A program made the translations under genes and the position numbers. From the human T2T-CHM13v2.0 reference genome, Homo sapiens: 64,000 nucleotides of DNA. Under the pieces are notes generated by a model. It was not told where the DNA came from. It saw only the letters and a list, made by a program, of their open reading frames with translations, and made no database searches. Within the stretch, counting starts at the first letter, position 1. Each line of letters opens with the position of its first letter. Shown piece after piece: positions 1 to 28,333 of the stretch. The DNA is taken from the NCBI RefSeq assembly GCF_009914755.1, contig NC_060931.1. One strand, written 5' to 3'.

Positions 1-612
1 GCAGAGGTGCTCCCCACATCTCAAACGATGGGCGGCCGGGCAGAGACGCTCCTCACTTCCTAGATGGGATGGCGGCGGGGAAGAGGCGCTCCTCGCTTCC
101 CAGATGGGATGGCGGCCGGGCAGAGACGCTCCTCACTTTCCAGACTGGGCAGCCAGGCAGAGGGGCTCCTCACATCCCAGACGATGGGTGGCCAAGCAGA
201 GACGCTCCTCACTTCCCAGACGGGGTGGCGGCCGGGCAGAGGCTGCAATCTCGGCTCTCCGGGAGGCCAAGGCAGGTGGCTGGGAGGTGGTTGCAGCGAG
301 CCAAGATCACGCCACTGCACTCCAGCCTGGGCACCATTGAGCACTGAGTGAACGAGACTCCATCCGCAATCCCGGCACCTCGGGAGGCCGAGGCCGGCGG
401 ATCACTCGCGGCTAGGAGCTGGAGACCAGCCCGGCCAACACAGCGAAACCCCGTCTCCACCAAAAAAAAACGAAAACCAGTCAGGCGTGGCGGCGCGCGC
501 CCGCAATCGCAGGCACTCGGCAGGCTGAGGCAGGAGAATCAGGCAGGGAGGCTGCAGTGAGCCGAGATGGCAGCAGTACCGTCCAGCCTCGGCTCGGCAT
601 CAGAGGGAGACC
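1..612 (-). mobile_element. SVA retrotransposon, 5' part (Alu-like domain plus VNTR); continues off the left edge; lacks the CCCTCT hexamer
   Basis: GC-rich VNTR units (gggcagagacgctcctcacttcc...) at 1-240, then the SVA Alu-like domain ending ...cggcatcagagggagacc at 612. Many CpGs are retained. Confidence 0.95.
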
Positions 613-1430
613 CCACATGTTTTAATTCTATTATGTTATTTTTAAAATTTCAAATTCCAATTGTTCATTGTTTGAATGTAGAAATAGTTGTTTTTGTATA
701 CTGATATTGAATCCTCCACTCTTGCTAATTAGCCTTTTTGTAGATTCATCAGATTTTCCACACAGCTGATTATGTTATCTGTGAGTAGAGATAGTTTTAC
801 TTTTTCCCTTGTTTTATGACTTCCTTACTTTTATTTATTGATTTATTTTTTAGGCCTTATTGCTCCATTGGAGCATCCAGGGCACTGTTGAATAGAAGTG
901 GTGAGAGTGGGCATCCTTGCCTTGTTCCTGACCTCAGTGGGAAAGCATTCACTCTCTTACTGTGAAGTATGATGACAGTTGTATGTTTTTCATAGATGCC
1001 CTTTTCAGGTTGAGGAAGCACCCTTCTATTCTTAGTTTACTGAGAGTTTGTTAGGAATGGATACTGGATTTTGTCAAATGCTTTTTCTATGTCTATTGAG
1101 ATAATGTTTTTCTTGAGTCTATGAATAGAATTAACTACGTTGATTGATTTGCAAATGTTAAACCAACTTTGCATTTATGGGATAAACCTCACTTGGTCAT
1201 GATGTCTTATCTTTTTTACATATTGGTGTATTTAATTAGTTGAGAGCTTTTACATCTATGTTCATGAGGAATATTGGTCTTCTTTTAATGTCTTTATCTG
1301 GTTTTGGTAACAGAGTAATACTTGCCTCATAGAATGAGGGAATGGGAAGTGGTCCCTACTTTTCAATTCTCTGGAAGAGTTTGTGTAGATTTACTATTAG
1401 GTATTTCTTCAATATTTTATGGAATTCAAG
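613..1430 (-). mobile_element. Old L1 (L1M-type) ORF2 fragment
   Basis: Antisense L1 hallmarks such as gagagtgggcatccttgccttgttcctga and gattttgtcaaatgctttttct; highly diverged. Confidence 0.8.
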
Positions 1431-2068
1431 AATTAATTCTTACTAGCTTGGAAAAAAATTGTGTATGGACTGAAAGGATTAGAAAGTATATCCTGTCTAG
1501 CTCAGCTCCTAAGCTATCTCAGCCTGTCTTTGTCTTTGGGATGCTTTACAACTCTGTGACTTTTAGAAAATTGATTCTTGTCCGTAGAAGTGCAAACTAA
1601 TTGTGTCTGGTGGAACACAATTTATTTTTGCCCTGTGGATTGATCTATCTTGCATATATCGTAAAATCATTTTACATTATTGCTTGTTGTTTGAATTTCT
1701 TTTGAATTAGTTGTAACATTTTACTGGTTCCCCATTAGATAATGAGCTAAATGAAGTCTCTGACATGAGTACCTTTTATATTTGCAGAGCAATTATAATT
1801 TTACCTTTAAAATTATCTTTTGGCTGGACGCAGTGAAATCCCAGCGCCTTGGGAGACTTGAGGTGGGAGGATCACATGAGCCCAGGAATTTGAGGTTACA
1901 GTGAGCTAAGATTGCACCACTGCATTCCAGCCTGGGTGACATAGGAATGATGAAAATTCTCAGTACAGGCTTTGTTTATTCTAAGTGTTGTTAGGTTGGT
2001 TAGTTGCTAATGACACACAAGGTCATTTATTGTAGATGGCAAAAATGACGATATCCAGAGAAGAGTTA

Positions 2069-3071
<1,003 letters not shown>

Positions 3072-3174
3072 TAGATACTTTCTAAGGTCCTTTCCCATTC
3101 TAACCATCCAACTCCAATCCACTGATTTCATGATGAATTTATTTTAATTTCCAGAGTTCAGTTTCGTTATTGTG

Positions 3175-3437
3175 TTTTTGTTTTTCGACAGTTTTGCTCT
3201 CATTGCCCGGGGTGGAAAGCAATGATGCGATCTTGGCTCACTGCAACCTCCACTTCCCGGGTTCAAGTGATTCTCCTGCATTAGCCTCCTGAGTTATAGG
3301 CATGCACCACCACCATGCAGAGACAGGGCTTCTCCATGTTGGTCAGGCTGGTCTTGAACTCCCGATCTCAGGTGATCTGCCTGCCTCGGCCTCCCAAGGT
3401 GCTGGGATTACAGGCGTGAGCCACTGCGCCCAGCCGG
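3175..3437 (-). mobile_element. AluS with internal deletions
   Basis: Antisense Alu lacking the central A-rich linker. Confidence 0.85.
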
Positions 3438-3474
3438 CTGGTTTCATTATTTGTTAAACGAGATAGTAACATCT

Positions 3475-3808
<334 letters not shown>

Positions 3809-3927
3809 TCAGATAATCAAATAACATGGAAAGCAAAAATAGATGTTCCTAACTCCAGTTCCCTCATTTGGGCCATAGATTAAATTTTGTCATCCATGTA
3901 ATCTTCTAGGAAACCTGAATAAGCTGA

Positions 3928-5125
<1,198 letters not shown>

Positions 5126-6157
5126 TGTTTCCTTATCCTTAAAATGAAATTAGGTTGGATAATATTTAAGTTCTCTTCTGATCTAAAGTTCAGAAAAAAA
5201 TTTTATAACGTGAGAGAACAATAGGAAGTATATCATACATTTTCATGTCTATCAATCTATCCACCAATCTTCCATCCCTTTACTCTGTAAATATTTTCTG
5301 TGTGCGAGGCGCCGTGCAAGCTACAGAAACAATGTCCAAGATGTAGCCCTGCTTTCAAGGGTGTTATGGAAATCCTTCTCCTGCCAGGGTGTGAGGAGGT
5401 GGGGAGAGGGGAGAACTGAGGAGAACTCCTTGAAGGGGCCTTTACTAGCCAGTGCTACAGGAAGCTGCTAATCAATCAGTTAATTAATTAACAATCAGCA
5501 AATGGCAGCCAGTGGGGAAGTGTGGCTTAGCTTCCAGATGCTAATTACTGGCCCCTTTATGGAGCCGAGACAGGGCAAATCATTGCAGGATCCCAGATGA
5601 GTTGGCACACAGACATTGCGAGGAGGGTGCGATTCTCCTTTGTACCAGCATGCTTGCCAGCTTTTATCTAGTGAGATTAATTAGAACTTTTAGAAGTGCA
5701 AGTTAGGGCCATAAAATATTAACATTCATGTCACTGGTAATCTGTGAGTGTACTGAGAGAGCCCGGAGCGATTTTAGGGTATGGTTGCTTGGACGGGGAT
5801 CTGGAGGTTTAGTTTTCCACTCTTCTCCGGTGAAGGTTTCTCAGTGGCTGCTCAGTGGCTCTGGATCCTCACCAAACTGACCCCTGCCATTGAATGTCCC
5901 TTGCCTCTGTGAGTTCATGCATTCATCTCTCTCATCCCTTTCATGCTTCCCAGAAACTCTAATGTCATGTTGGCGCATTTGTTGTACACCTACACGTGGA
6001 ATCCCGGCTGTGGGTCTCTAGGAAAACGGCCTGGCTCAGTGTTCCAGGTTGTTCCTCCCATCGTTATCATGACCTCTGATGCCCCATCAACAGAAACTCC
6101 CGTGACTAAATGCTCCGGGAAGGTGATGCTAATGATGGACTGGTTCATTTGCCTTAC

Positions 6158-6364
6158 TTTTCTTTTCTTTTTCTTTTTTTTTCTTTCAGAATAGCTGGGA
6201 TTACAGGCGCCTGCCACGACGCCCGGCTAAATTTTGTATTTTTAGTAGAGACAGGGTTTCACCATGTTGGCCAGGCTGGTCTCAAACTCCTGACCTCAGG
6301 TGATTCACCTGCCTTGGCTTCCCAAAGTGCTGGGATTTACAGGTGTGAGCCACCGTGCCAGGCC
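6158..6364 (-). mobile_element. Alu with 3'-truncated right arm plus A-rich tail
   Basis: Left arm and linker, ending at ...cccagctattc, then an A/G-rich tail. Confidence 0.85.
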
Positions 6365-6367
6365 ACA

Positions 6368-6783
<416 letters not shown>

Positions 6784-6924
6784 TGCCTTACATATTTACA
6801 TATTTCCCAAGTGTTCCTAGCTAGGAACTATTGCTGTTACTCAAACTCCTACAGGGAAGGTCAGGGCCTGCTTTGGACAGTTCCAGGGACAGTGACCAGT
6901 GCAAATAGTGGGTTGATGCTTCTT

Positions 6925-7613
<689 letters not shown>

Positions 7614-7928
7614 TAGAACTCTGGGACTTTAAGATGTGCTAGGTAAGATTTCTCAGGTACAGATGAATTGTCTCAGACACAGAACTCTCACAATGCACTG
7701 CTGGGGAGACGCAGAAACCCTGAGGTACCCCCTTCCCACATGCTGTCTTCTAAGGAATGACAAGACCTGACCACAACTAGACCCAATAGGCTAACATGAC
7801 CATTTCAGCTCCATCATGTGAGTGGGCCTTTGTCCCACTGAGGTTTCCCATCACCCTCTGGGTACCTTTCTCCAGTTAAATTTCCATGTTATGAACTCTG
7901 CCTTCCCTACCAAGAAGTGTGAATTCAC

Positions 7929-8457
<529 letters not shown>

Positions 8458-8621
8458 TCAGCTATGCTTGCAGGAAAGTCACGCCCCTGGGTTCAGGTCT
8501 CGGGATAGGCTGTGGCTGTGGCTGTGGCCATGGTCCTGAGAGTTGCCACAGGAAGCTCAGCCTCAACGCCTTTCTTCCGACCCCTCTCAAGGGGGGTTGA
8601 GCTTGTGAGTTACCTGAGGTC

Positions 8622-8917
8622 TTTTTTTTTTTTTTTTTTTTGAGACGGAGTCTCGCTCTGTTGCCCAGGCTGGAGTGCAGTGATCTCGGCTCACTGCAAG
8701 CTCCATCTTGCGGGTTCACACCATTCTCCTGCCTCAGCCTCCCAAGTAGCTGGGACTACAGGCGCCCGCCATCACGCCCGGCTAATTTTTTGTACATTTA
8801 GTAGAGACGGGGTTTCACCATGTTAGTCAGGATGGTCTCAATCTCCTGACCTCGTGATCCACCCGCCTCGGCCTCCCAAAGTGCTGGGATTACAGGCATG
8901 AGCCACCGCGCCCGGCC
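8622..8917 (-). mobile_element. AluY
   Basis: AluY diagnostics (gcaagctcc, ttcacaccattc); TSD acctgag(g/a)tcttt. Confidence 0.9.
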
Positions 8918-9317
8918 AACCTGAGATCTTTAGCAAATCTTTTGTGTGTCTGTCTTTTTCTGCTTAAATTAGCCATGGTGAATTCTGTTCTGAGTTTTGT
9001 TTTTGGTAACTAAAAATCCTGACCCTTACACATTGGTACCAGGAGTGGTCCCAAGCAACAGACCTTCAGGAAAAGCGGGATATGAAGTTTGTTATCTGAA
9101 ATGAGTGGGTCTGAACACAGAGAGAATGCATTTCGTGTAGAAGGGTGAGCACCAGGGGCAAAAGTGTCACTTCAGTGAGGACTTTGTCGTGACCTGGACT
9201 GTCACATCCATTGAAGGCAAGGCTTTGTGCGGAATGAAAGGGGACAGCCATGGAATGGGATGGAAACAAGAAGGTTAAACTTGGCGCGTTGTTTGGCTGC
9301 ATTTAGATACACTGGAG

Positions 9318-9423
9318 GCCCCTGTAGTTCCCGAGCACGATGACTGGGTGTTCACGTGCACGTGTGGGATGTGCCACCCTCTGAACCTTGTTACGATGTT
9401 GGCACATTACCCTGGACCTGACC
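9318..9423 (+). pseudogene. U13 (SNORD13) snoRNA retropseudogene
   Basis: ctgtagttc...gatgactgggtgttca...gatgtgccaccctctgaaccttgttacgatgttggcacattac...ctgacc matches U13. Box D CTGA is kept and box C is altered. (TAAA)n tail; flanking repeat tacactgga at 9308 and 9457. Confidence 0.9.
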
Positions 9424-9458
9424 TTGGATAAATAAATAAATAAATAAATAAATAACTA

Positions 9459-10072
<614 letters not shown>

Positions 10073-10575
10073 ACACTGGAGACAATAAGTCTTAAGTTTT
10101 GGCTTAAGATGTTTTCAAAGAACTGGGGAATTTCTGACTCTTCTGAATGGGAATCTCCAACAATGGCAGTGTGCGGCTGCCGGTCTATGCAGCTTTGGCC
10201 ACTGGGTACTGTTTACAGTCTGTGACAGGCTATGCACTATTTTGTGAACAGGAGGACTCCCATAAGGAGGACTCCACAGGGTCCAGTGGCTTGGATGGGG
10301 CCATGCGGAAAGATCTGGATGACCTGGAGCTTGCTGTATCCCCAACCCACAGAGTGCCCCTTCCAGCAGAAGCTGCCCCCCTTCTGCCTGATGGAGCTTG
10401 AAGACCCCATAATAGGCTCACAAGACTGTCACATGTGAGAAGGAGCCAGCTGTCCTCATGCTAAACTCTCACCCCACCTCCTGCCTCCAAGCCAGTGAAT
10501 GGATTCTAGGCGGTCTTTCACTGAGCTGGTGGTTATTACTTGCCCCCAGAGTCTAACTAATAGATTGCTGCTTTA

Positions 10576-10955
<380 letters not shown>

Positions 10956-11338
10956 TCACCTCCCTCCGTGGCCCTCCTGGTTTGAATTAGTGACAGTGGT
11001 GGAGGGTGGGGCAGAACAATTGGCCACAACAAGAAACAAACCAACCAAAAAGTATGTAGGTGGCTATGAGGCAGTCACTGTGGTGTCCTGCCCAGGGCCC
11101 ACGCTGGGTAATCATGTTTGTCTGTCTGTTTTCCTTTGCATCTTCAACTAGACGTGGGCGTTCGTTACTCCTGGACAAAACTTCCGTTAGCTCCTTGTCC
11201 CCTGTGGCAGGCCGGCCTGCACATGCCTGGGAGGGATTTCTCTTCCCAGGAGCAAATAAGTTTGTCCCTGAGCAGTTTCTGGATTTGTTTATGGAGACTT
11301 TAGGGAAGATAAACATGAAAATTTTGATACAAATTTGA

Positions 11339-12105
<767 letters not shown>

Positions 12106-12736
12106 GAAACTGTCTTTCAAGATGTTTCTTGGTCTTTAGTGTACGTCTGAATATTCACATAAATGCTTGCTTGAGTGCTTTTAAAAGGGAAAAAACCTTG
12201 GAAATAACCTAAATGTCTGCAGCAGGAGAAAGTCTGAATTTATCACGGTACATCTAGAGACAGGAAATCTAGGTGTTAGGTAGATGTCGGAAAGTTGGAG
12301 AGCTAAGTTTTGAAAGAGTTTGTCAAAAGCAAAATGGCTCAGAGACGTCACTTTAAATGGCAGCATCATATTTGATTATATGGATACACAGGACTGTAAC
12401 TTCTTTATCCAGTTTCCTATTGTTAAGTAGTAAAGTTGTCTTCAGTTATATTTGCTATTAGAAATAACTTGATGGTCTTTTTTAATACAAAATTTTCTAT
12501 TGCTTAAAACTTTCCTTAAAATAGATTCCCAGAAGGGGAATTTCTAGATCAAATGGTTTGGATTTTAAGGATTTCCAAAGTGCTTTTCACATTTGTACTG
12601 ATTTACTCCCCTGCCACTGTGTATGAAAATTGAATTCTACTCTCCCCAAAATTATTATTATTGTCTTTAATTAGAATGCCTAAAATGCTGTTTCATATTG
12701 TTTTAGTTTACATTTCTGGGTTATCACTTTGGCTGA

Positions 12737-13057
<321 letters not shown>

Positions 13058-13449
13058 AGCTGACCACTTTTAATGGTTTTTAAAGTTACTTGTGTACTTT
13101 CTTGGAATTACCTGTTTACACACTGGGCCCATTTTTCTCTTGAGTTTTAGTGTTTTTCCTATTAATTTATACAAACTTTTAACTAGGGCAGTTCATGGTA
13201 CTGCACACCGCCTACCTGCGGCTGGCCTTTGGAAACCCTTTAGTTCGGTAATAACGAGTGGCCTCTGCCTTGTGCCAAAGAGTTCTTCTGCGAATCCCAA
13301 AGTTAACAGCTTATATCTTGTCCAGGCAAAAGGAGACGCGTCCTACGCAGATTGTTTGTATGTAACAAGAGCGTATTTTTAAAACCATGTGAATAACTCA
13401 CATTACAATTCATTTAAAATATGATCCTCTTGCATGGCTCATTAAGTGA

Positions 13450-13785
<336 letters not shown>

Positions 13786-14154
13786 AGCTTAGATTTATGT
13801 GTATGCGGTGAGTAACCAATCTGTTTTATTTAGACCATGACATTGTAAGTGATTTATTGTCTTTGGAAAGTGACAGTCCCAAAGCTGGCTATATCAATAA
13901 TTTTGTTAGATTTGACAGCAATAGAATATTTTCAGGATATTTGTTTGTGATAAACCACCAAAAGGGAGGGCAAATAGGAGCCTGGACTGAAGGTCCTGAG
14001 TGGGCGCGTGACATCTGGGAGTCCAGCAGCTGCTGCAAGGCATATGATAGCATATGAGTTTTAACTGACCTCCAAGGAAAATTGCATTACTAAGAGGGGA
14101 ATTTTAAGACAAAAAATAATGTGGTACGGTTAGACGCTGATTCAAAGGACATAA

Positions 14155-14459
<305 letters not shown>

Positions 14460-14994
14460 ATATAAAACTGATTTTTAAGAGAAGCCATAGGAAAACCACA
14501 AACTTAGTCTTGAGTAGCAGAGCCTCATTTACTGGCCAGCTCCCAGGAACTAGTCAGAGTTGGTTGGGGACTGGTTCTCTAGTTTTCCTCATGTTTACCT
14601 GAGTGAGCTGGCTGTTGCTAGTCGTGCACTAACGGAAGATGCCTTCACACTGCCTTTTGTGACTTTTCCTGTCACCACCCTCTTTGGGCAGATGCAAACC
14701 ACGCACGCGGCAACTCAGTTTTCATGCAGCCAGCTTTTCTTGCCCCTTTTCTTTCTTGAGTAAATGCTATCCTCCTTTAACTGGGGTAAAAGCCTTTGTA
14801 GCCATCCCTAATTCTTTCTCCCGCATTGTACCTCCACGCCATCAGCCTAACAGGAAACGTGTGTCTGCCGTATCCCGCCACTTCTCCCCCCCACGCCGGG
14901 GCCGCCTGTCTAAGCCACCAAGGCCGCGCGTCTTCTCTGCAGAAGTTGTCTCCTAACTGGCTCTTCTGTGTCCACTTAGGCCCTGGCAAACAAC

Positions 14995-15530
14995 TCTACG
15001 CACAGCAGCCAGAGTGATCTTTCCAGAGCATGAGTCAGGGAATGGCACTGCCCAGGACAAAACTTTCCAATGACTTCCAATGACTTTTATTAAATTAAAA
15101 ATCAAAATCAAAATCTTTACTACGGTCTCCCAGATAGTCCCAGCCCTGGCGTCTGACTCCCCCTGAATTTGCCTCCCAGCCCTCCCTGTTGCTCCTCGAG
15201 TCCCTGCTGCTCCTTGAGCAGGCCAGTCCCCTCCCATCCGAGGGCCTTGCAAATATCTGGGCTTTGCTTGAATGTTCCCTCCTCAGATATGCCTTCCCTC
15301 ACCACCGCATCTAAAACAGCACCCTCTTCACCACCTGTCACCTCTCTCTTCTTTATTTTTCCTCCTAGCACCTGTCACCACCTGACATTAGATTATGTAA
15401 TTGTGTGTTAATGTACTTGTTATTATCTGTGTACTCTCCCTACTCCCATCTTGTTCACTGTTATACCCCCACTACCAAGAACAGTATCCGGCCATAGTAC
15501 ATGCTCAGTAAGTTCAATATTAGTTGAATG

Positions 15531-15533
<3 letters not shown>
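14995..15533 (+). mobile_element. L2 (L2a-like) 3' end
   Basis: cagcagccagagtgatcttt...ttgttcactg...tagtacatgctcag...ttgaatgaat terminal motif. Confidence 0.8.
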
Positions 15534-16315
<782 letters not shown>

Positions 16316-16749
16316 AATTTTTTTTTCTTAATCTCAAATGCGATAGTAGAATGAATGAATTTTTGAGTCCACTTTTATGTTTTCTACCTTTAAATCTGAG
16401 TGGATAGAGACTGTCGCAGCTTTGGAGTGACCTAGGTGATAAGATGGATAATGAGAGAATTTCATTTCAAAGAAAAGCATCCAAATATGGAATGTTGTGG
16501 GCAGTGTGTGGGAAGAAAGGTTAAGCAAGACGGCAGAGTTCAAGTGAGTGGGCAGCAAGAGAATCGAGAGGGGAACGTTAACTTGGAGAATTTTGAAACT
16601 ATGAGCTTTCAATTCTACTTTAGATGATGCCAGAGAAATGAAGCAGATTTAGAAGGTTTCGATCGTTTTGTGGATGTCATTGCTATTGTAGTTATCATTT
16701 TCAGCAAGATAATTTGTTAAGTACTTAATTGGTAAACAGAGTTTTCTGG

Positions 16750-20470
<3,721 letters not shown>

Positions 20471-20651
20471 CATATAATGATAAAAATAATAACAAGAGCC
20501 AGCATGAATATAGGGGTTATTATGTGCTGGGAATGGTGCTAAGCATTTTACATGCATTATCTAATGGCTACTTGTAGGTATTATTGTTCCATTTTATAGA
20601 TGGAGAAACTGAGGTCTAGGAAGTTCACATATATGCTAAAAGGGTTAATAG

Positions 20652-21380
20652 TGTACTGAGCATCTGCTGTTTTGGGTTGTTCAGCATCCCCTTTCCCTAA
20701 GAAGAGTCTCCTTTTGGCTTTGGAGCTCAAGAAGAATGGACCTTACCTTTGGGTTGACAAAGCTTGAAGGACTGAGGTGTCCTGTGGTTGCCGATGATTC
20801 TGGCTACAGAAGGAAAAGCTAACTGCAGAAGGATGGCATCAAGGCAAACAGAGATGAGGGAAGGTGAAAGGTAAATGGAGAGAAAGGTTTGAGTTATTGT
20901 TAGGGTCCCTGGATCCTGTTGCACCTGAGTGTATATCTACTCTTGGGCTTCCAGTTATGGAGTCAATGAGTTCCCTCTTTTCTCCTTCCTTCCTTCCTTT
21001 CTTTTTCTTTTTTTTTTTTTCTTTTTGGCAGTCTTACTCTGTCACCCAAGCTAGAGTGTAGTGGCAGGATCTCAGTTCCCTGCAACCTCCGTCTCCCATG
21101 TTCAAGTGATTCTCCTGCCTCAGCCTCTCTAGTAGCTGGGATTACAGGCCCCTCACCATCACGCCCAGCTAATTTTTGTATTTTTAGTAGAGACAGGGTT
21201 TCACCATGTTGGCCAGGCTGGTCTCAAACTTCTGGCCTCAGGTGATCCACCTGCCTTGGCTTCCCAAAGTGCTAGGATTACAGGCATGAGCCACCGTGCC
21301 TGGCCAAGTTCCCTCTTAAGCTAATTTGGGTAGTTTATTCAACCCTAAGAACCCCAAACGCCCTGGCTAGGCTGATATAA
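20652..21380 (+). mobile_element. ERVL LTR (LTR16/LTR33-like) with antisense Alu (~20995-21305)
   Basis: gggtccctggatcctgttgcacctgag...cttccagttatggagtcaat...ttaagctaatttgggt resembles the 3' end of the LTR16 family. Confidence 0.5.
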
Positions 21381-22871
21381 TATTCTCAGCATGTAAAGAC
21401 TTCAACTACTTCAACTACAGAACAAAGACAGACCAAGATAGCCAATGGGCAAAGCATGTGAGTAGAAACTCAACGAAGAAGCACGAATGGGGGTTAGTTC
21501 TGAAGCTCGTCTCTGGGGTCCACGCCTCCCATGTGGAGGACCTGTAGTGTTTTTACCCACTTCTCCTGAGGTCTCCCCACTGCTGAGACGGCATCCACAA
21601 CCATCTGGGTGTGCAGAGGGTTTTTCTTGAGCTCACTCTGCCCTACTATATGGACCTCTTATTTGGTTCTCTGAAATAATCTTCCTCAGAGAATTAGAAA
21701 AGATGAGAAATCGCTAGTGGCATATTGTTTCTGAAATATTAAGGAACTGAGAAAAGATTTCCCCCATCGTGTGGCTTCTGAGAACACCACGTGTGTGGGG
21801 GGGCTCAGGTGTGCCATGGGAGGGGTTTTGGTCATTAACCCGCTCCTTCTCCAGGATTCGACTGCTCTCCCACGTGGCTGGCTGCAGGCCCCGTAATGAA
21901 GCTGACAGCTCTTCCAGGCACGATTTTTCTTCCTTAAAGCATGGCTTCTTCGGAACAGAACCAATCAGAGTTTTATTTTATTCCGGTTCTGTGAATTGGT
22001 TGTGGGATGAAGCTTCTTGGGTGCGGGAGAAAAAGTGCCTGGATGAGGGGTTGATGAAGAGCGGAGACAGCACGTCACCACCAAGCATGTGGCATGGTGA
22101 TAATTCAGTTGCAACCTTAGCGAGGACATACTCTGTGTTCAGCATTGCGGAAGATTCAAAATGAGTCAGAAAGGTCATTCTTGCTGTCCCAAGTACCCTA
22201 TTAACCCTTTTAGCTCAGTACACTATTAACTCTTTTAGCATATATGTGAACTTCCTAGACCTCAGTTTCTCCATCTATAAAATGGAGCAATAATAATACC
22301 TCCTTCAGTACAGTTGAGGAGATAAGATAGGGGACTGGGAGGCAGTGGTGGGCATCTCTGATTCACCCACAGAGGGGATGAGGCTGAAGGTTGGAGAGAG
22401 TGAGGCAATAATGGAAGTAAAGACATCAAAAGCATATTTTAGACTCTGGTTCGTTTGGGGCAGGAAGGAAGAAGTTTAAGATGGGTGAGGATGTATTTAC
22501 ATTTGTAGGATACTGATACCAGACTGAATTTAATACAGGTTCACTGTCTCCTTAAACATAATAAGCTGGACAAGAAGCAATGACAATCTGTTAGTAAGGA
22601 ACACCGTAATTCAAAGTTCTACTGAAAGGAACATGGCACCTTGGAAAACAATTATTCCAAGCACGGGACAGAAGAATGTCAAAGACTAGTAGGGCAACTC
22701 AGAAGGGCACATGACCCTTTCCTGCACCCCTTTAAGGCTGATGCAATGCTTTAAGAGGCTAACACAGAAGGGTGAAGCCAGTCTCCTTAAAACCCAAAGA
22801 AGAGATTGTAAAACTTCTCTTTGGCTCCTGTCTGGAGTCACAGCTGGAAAAAAAAGGAGCAGGGGTCCTAA

Positions 22872-25204
<2,333 letters not shown>

Positions 25205-25701
25205 TAGTTTTTAATTTTTATGGGTACATAATAGGTATATATGTTCATGGGTGCATGTGATGATAAAGGTAGACCATGTGTAATAATCACGTCTGGGTAA
25301 GTGGGGTATCCATCACCTTGAGCATTTATCATTTCTTTGTGTTAGGAACATGGAAAATTAGACTCTTTTATCTATTTAAAAATATACAATAGGGCTGGGC
25401 ACGGTTGCTTATGCCTGTCATCCCAGCACTTCGGGAGGCCCAGGCAGGCGGATCACCTGAGGTCAGGAGTTTGAGGCCAGCCTGACCAACACGGTGAAAC
25501 CCTGTCTCTACTAAAAATACAAAAAATATTAGTTGCGCATGGTGGCAGGCACCTGTAATCCCAGCTACTTGGGAGACTGAGGCAGGAGAATCACTTGAAC
25601 GTAGGAGAATCACTTGAACCCAGGAGGCAGAGGTCGAATTGAGCTGAGATGGCACCATTGTACTCCAGCCTGGGCGACAGTGCAAGATTCCGTCTCAAAA
25701 T

Positions 25702-25703
<2 letters not shown>

Positions 25704-25732
<29 letters not shown>
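25704..25732. repeat. (TG)n microsatellite at an Alu tail
   Basis: Perfect TG run. Confidence 0.95.
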
Positions 25733-25736
<4 letters not shown>

Positions 25737-26190
25737 AACACAATAAATTATTGTTTAGTGTAGTCACCTGTTGTGCTAGATCTTATTCTATCTAACTATA
25801 TTTTTGCCCCCATTAACCATCCTCACTCCACCCCCACACCTACCACTACCCTTCCCAGCCTCTGGTAACCATCATTCTATTCTCTATCCCCATGAGTTTG
25901 TTTTAAATTTTAGTTCTCACATATGAGTGAGACATGTGCAATTGGTCTTTCTGTGCCTGATTTCACTTAATGTAATGTCCTCCAGTTCCATCTGTGTCAC
26001 AAATGACGGAATTTCATTCTTTTTTTGGCTGAGTACGTGTCCATTGTGTACATGTACCACATTTTCTTTATTCATTTGTCGGTTGATGGAGGCTTAGGTT
26101 GCTTCCAAACCTTGGCTATTGTGAATAGTGCTGTGATAAACATGAGAGTGCAGATATCTCTTTGATACATTGATTTCCTTTCTTTGGGGT

Positions 26191-26543
26191 TGATATGGTT
26201 TGGCTGTTTCCCCAGCCAGATCTGAACTTGAATTGTATCTCCCAGGATTCCCATGTCTTGTGGGAGGGACCCAGGGGGAGGTAATTGAACCACGGGGGCC
26301 AGTCTTTCCCATGCTATTCTCATGATAGTGAATAAGTCTCATGAGATCTGATGGGTTTATCAAGGGTTTCCGCTTTTGCTTTTTCCTCATTTTCTCTTGC
26401 CGCCACCATGTAAGAAGTGCCTTTCGCCTCCAACTATGATTCTGAGGCCTCCCCAGCCATGTGGAACTGTAAGTCCAATTAAACCTTTTTTCTTCCCAGT
26501 CTGGGATATGTCTTTATCAGCAGTGTGAAAACAGAGTAATACA
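26191..26543 (+). mobile_element. THE1 (THE1A-like) solo LTR
   Basis: TG...CA termini (tgatatggtttggctg ... taataca), about 350 bp, with gggtttccgcttttgc diagnostic segment. Confidence 0.9.
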
Positions 26544-26771
26544 CAGGTGTATACCTAGCAATGGGATTGCTGGATCATGTGGTAGCTCTATTTTTAGTTT
26601 GTTGAGGAACCTCCATACTGTTCTCCATAGTGGCTGTACTAATTTACCTTCCCACCAACAGTGTATGAGGGTTCCCTTTTCACCACATCTTCGATCCTTG
26701 TCAGCATTTGTTATTGTCTGTCTTTTGGATGACAGCCATTTTAACTGTGGTGAGATGATATCTCATGTGTG

Positions 26772-28333
<1,562 letters not shown>

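Noticed and set aside
60-560. Overlapping ORFs and CpG-island-like composition
   Set aside because: SVA VNTR and Alu-like domain, not a gene promoter or CDS.
13200-13226. Possible CTCF site (gccgcaggtaggcggtg on the minus strand)
   Set aside because: Mismatches at core positions; not supportable without ChIP data.
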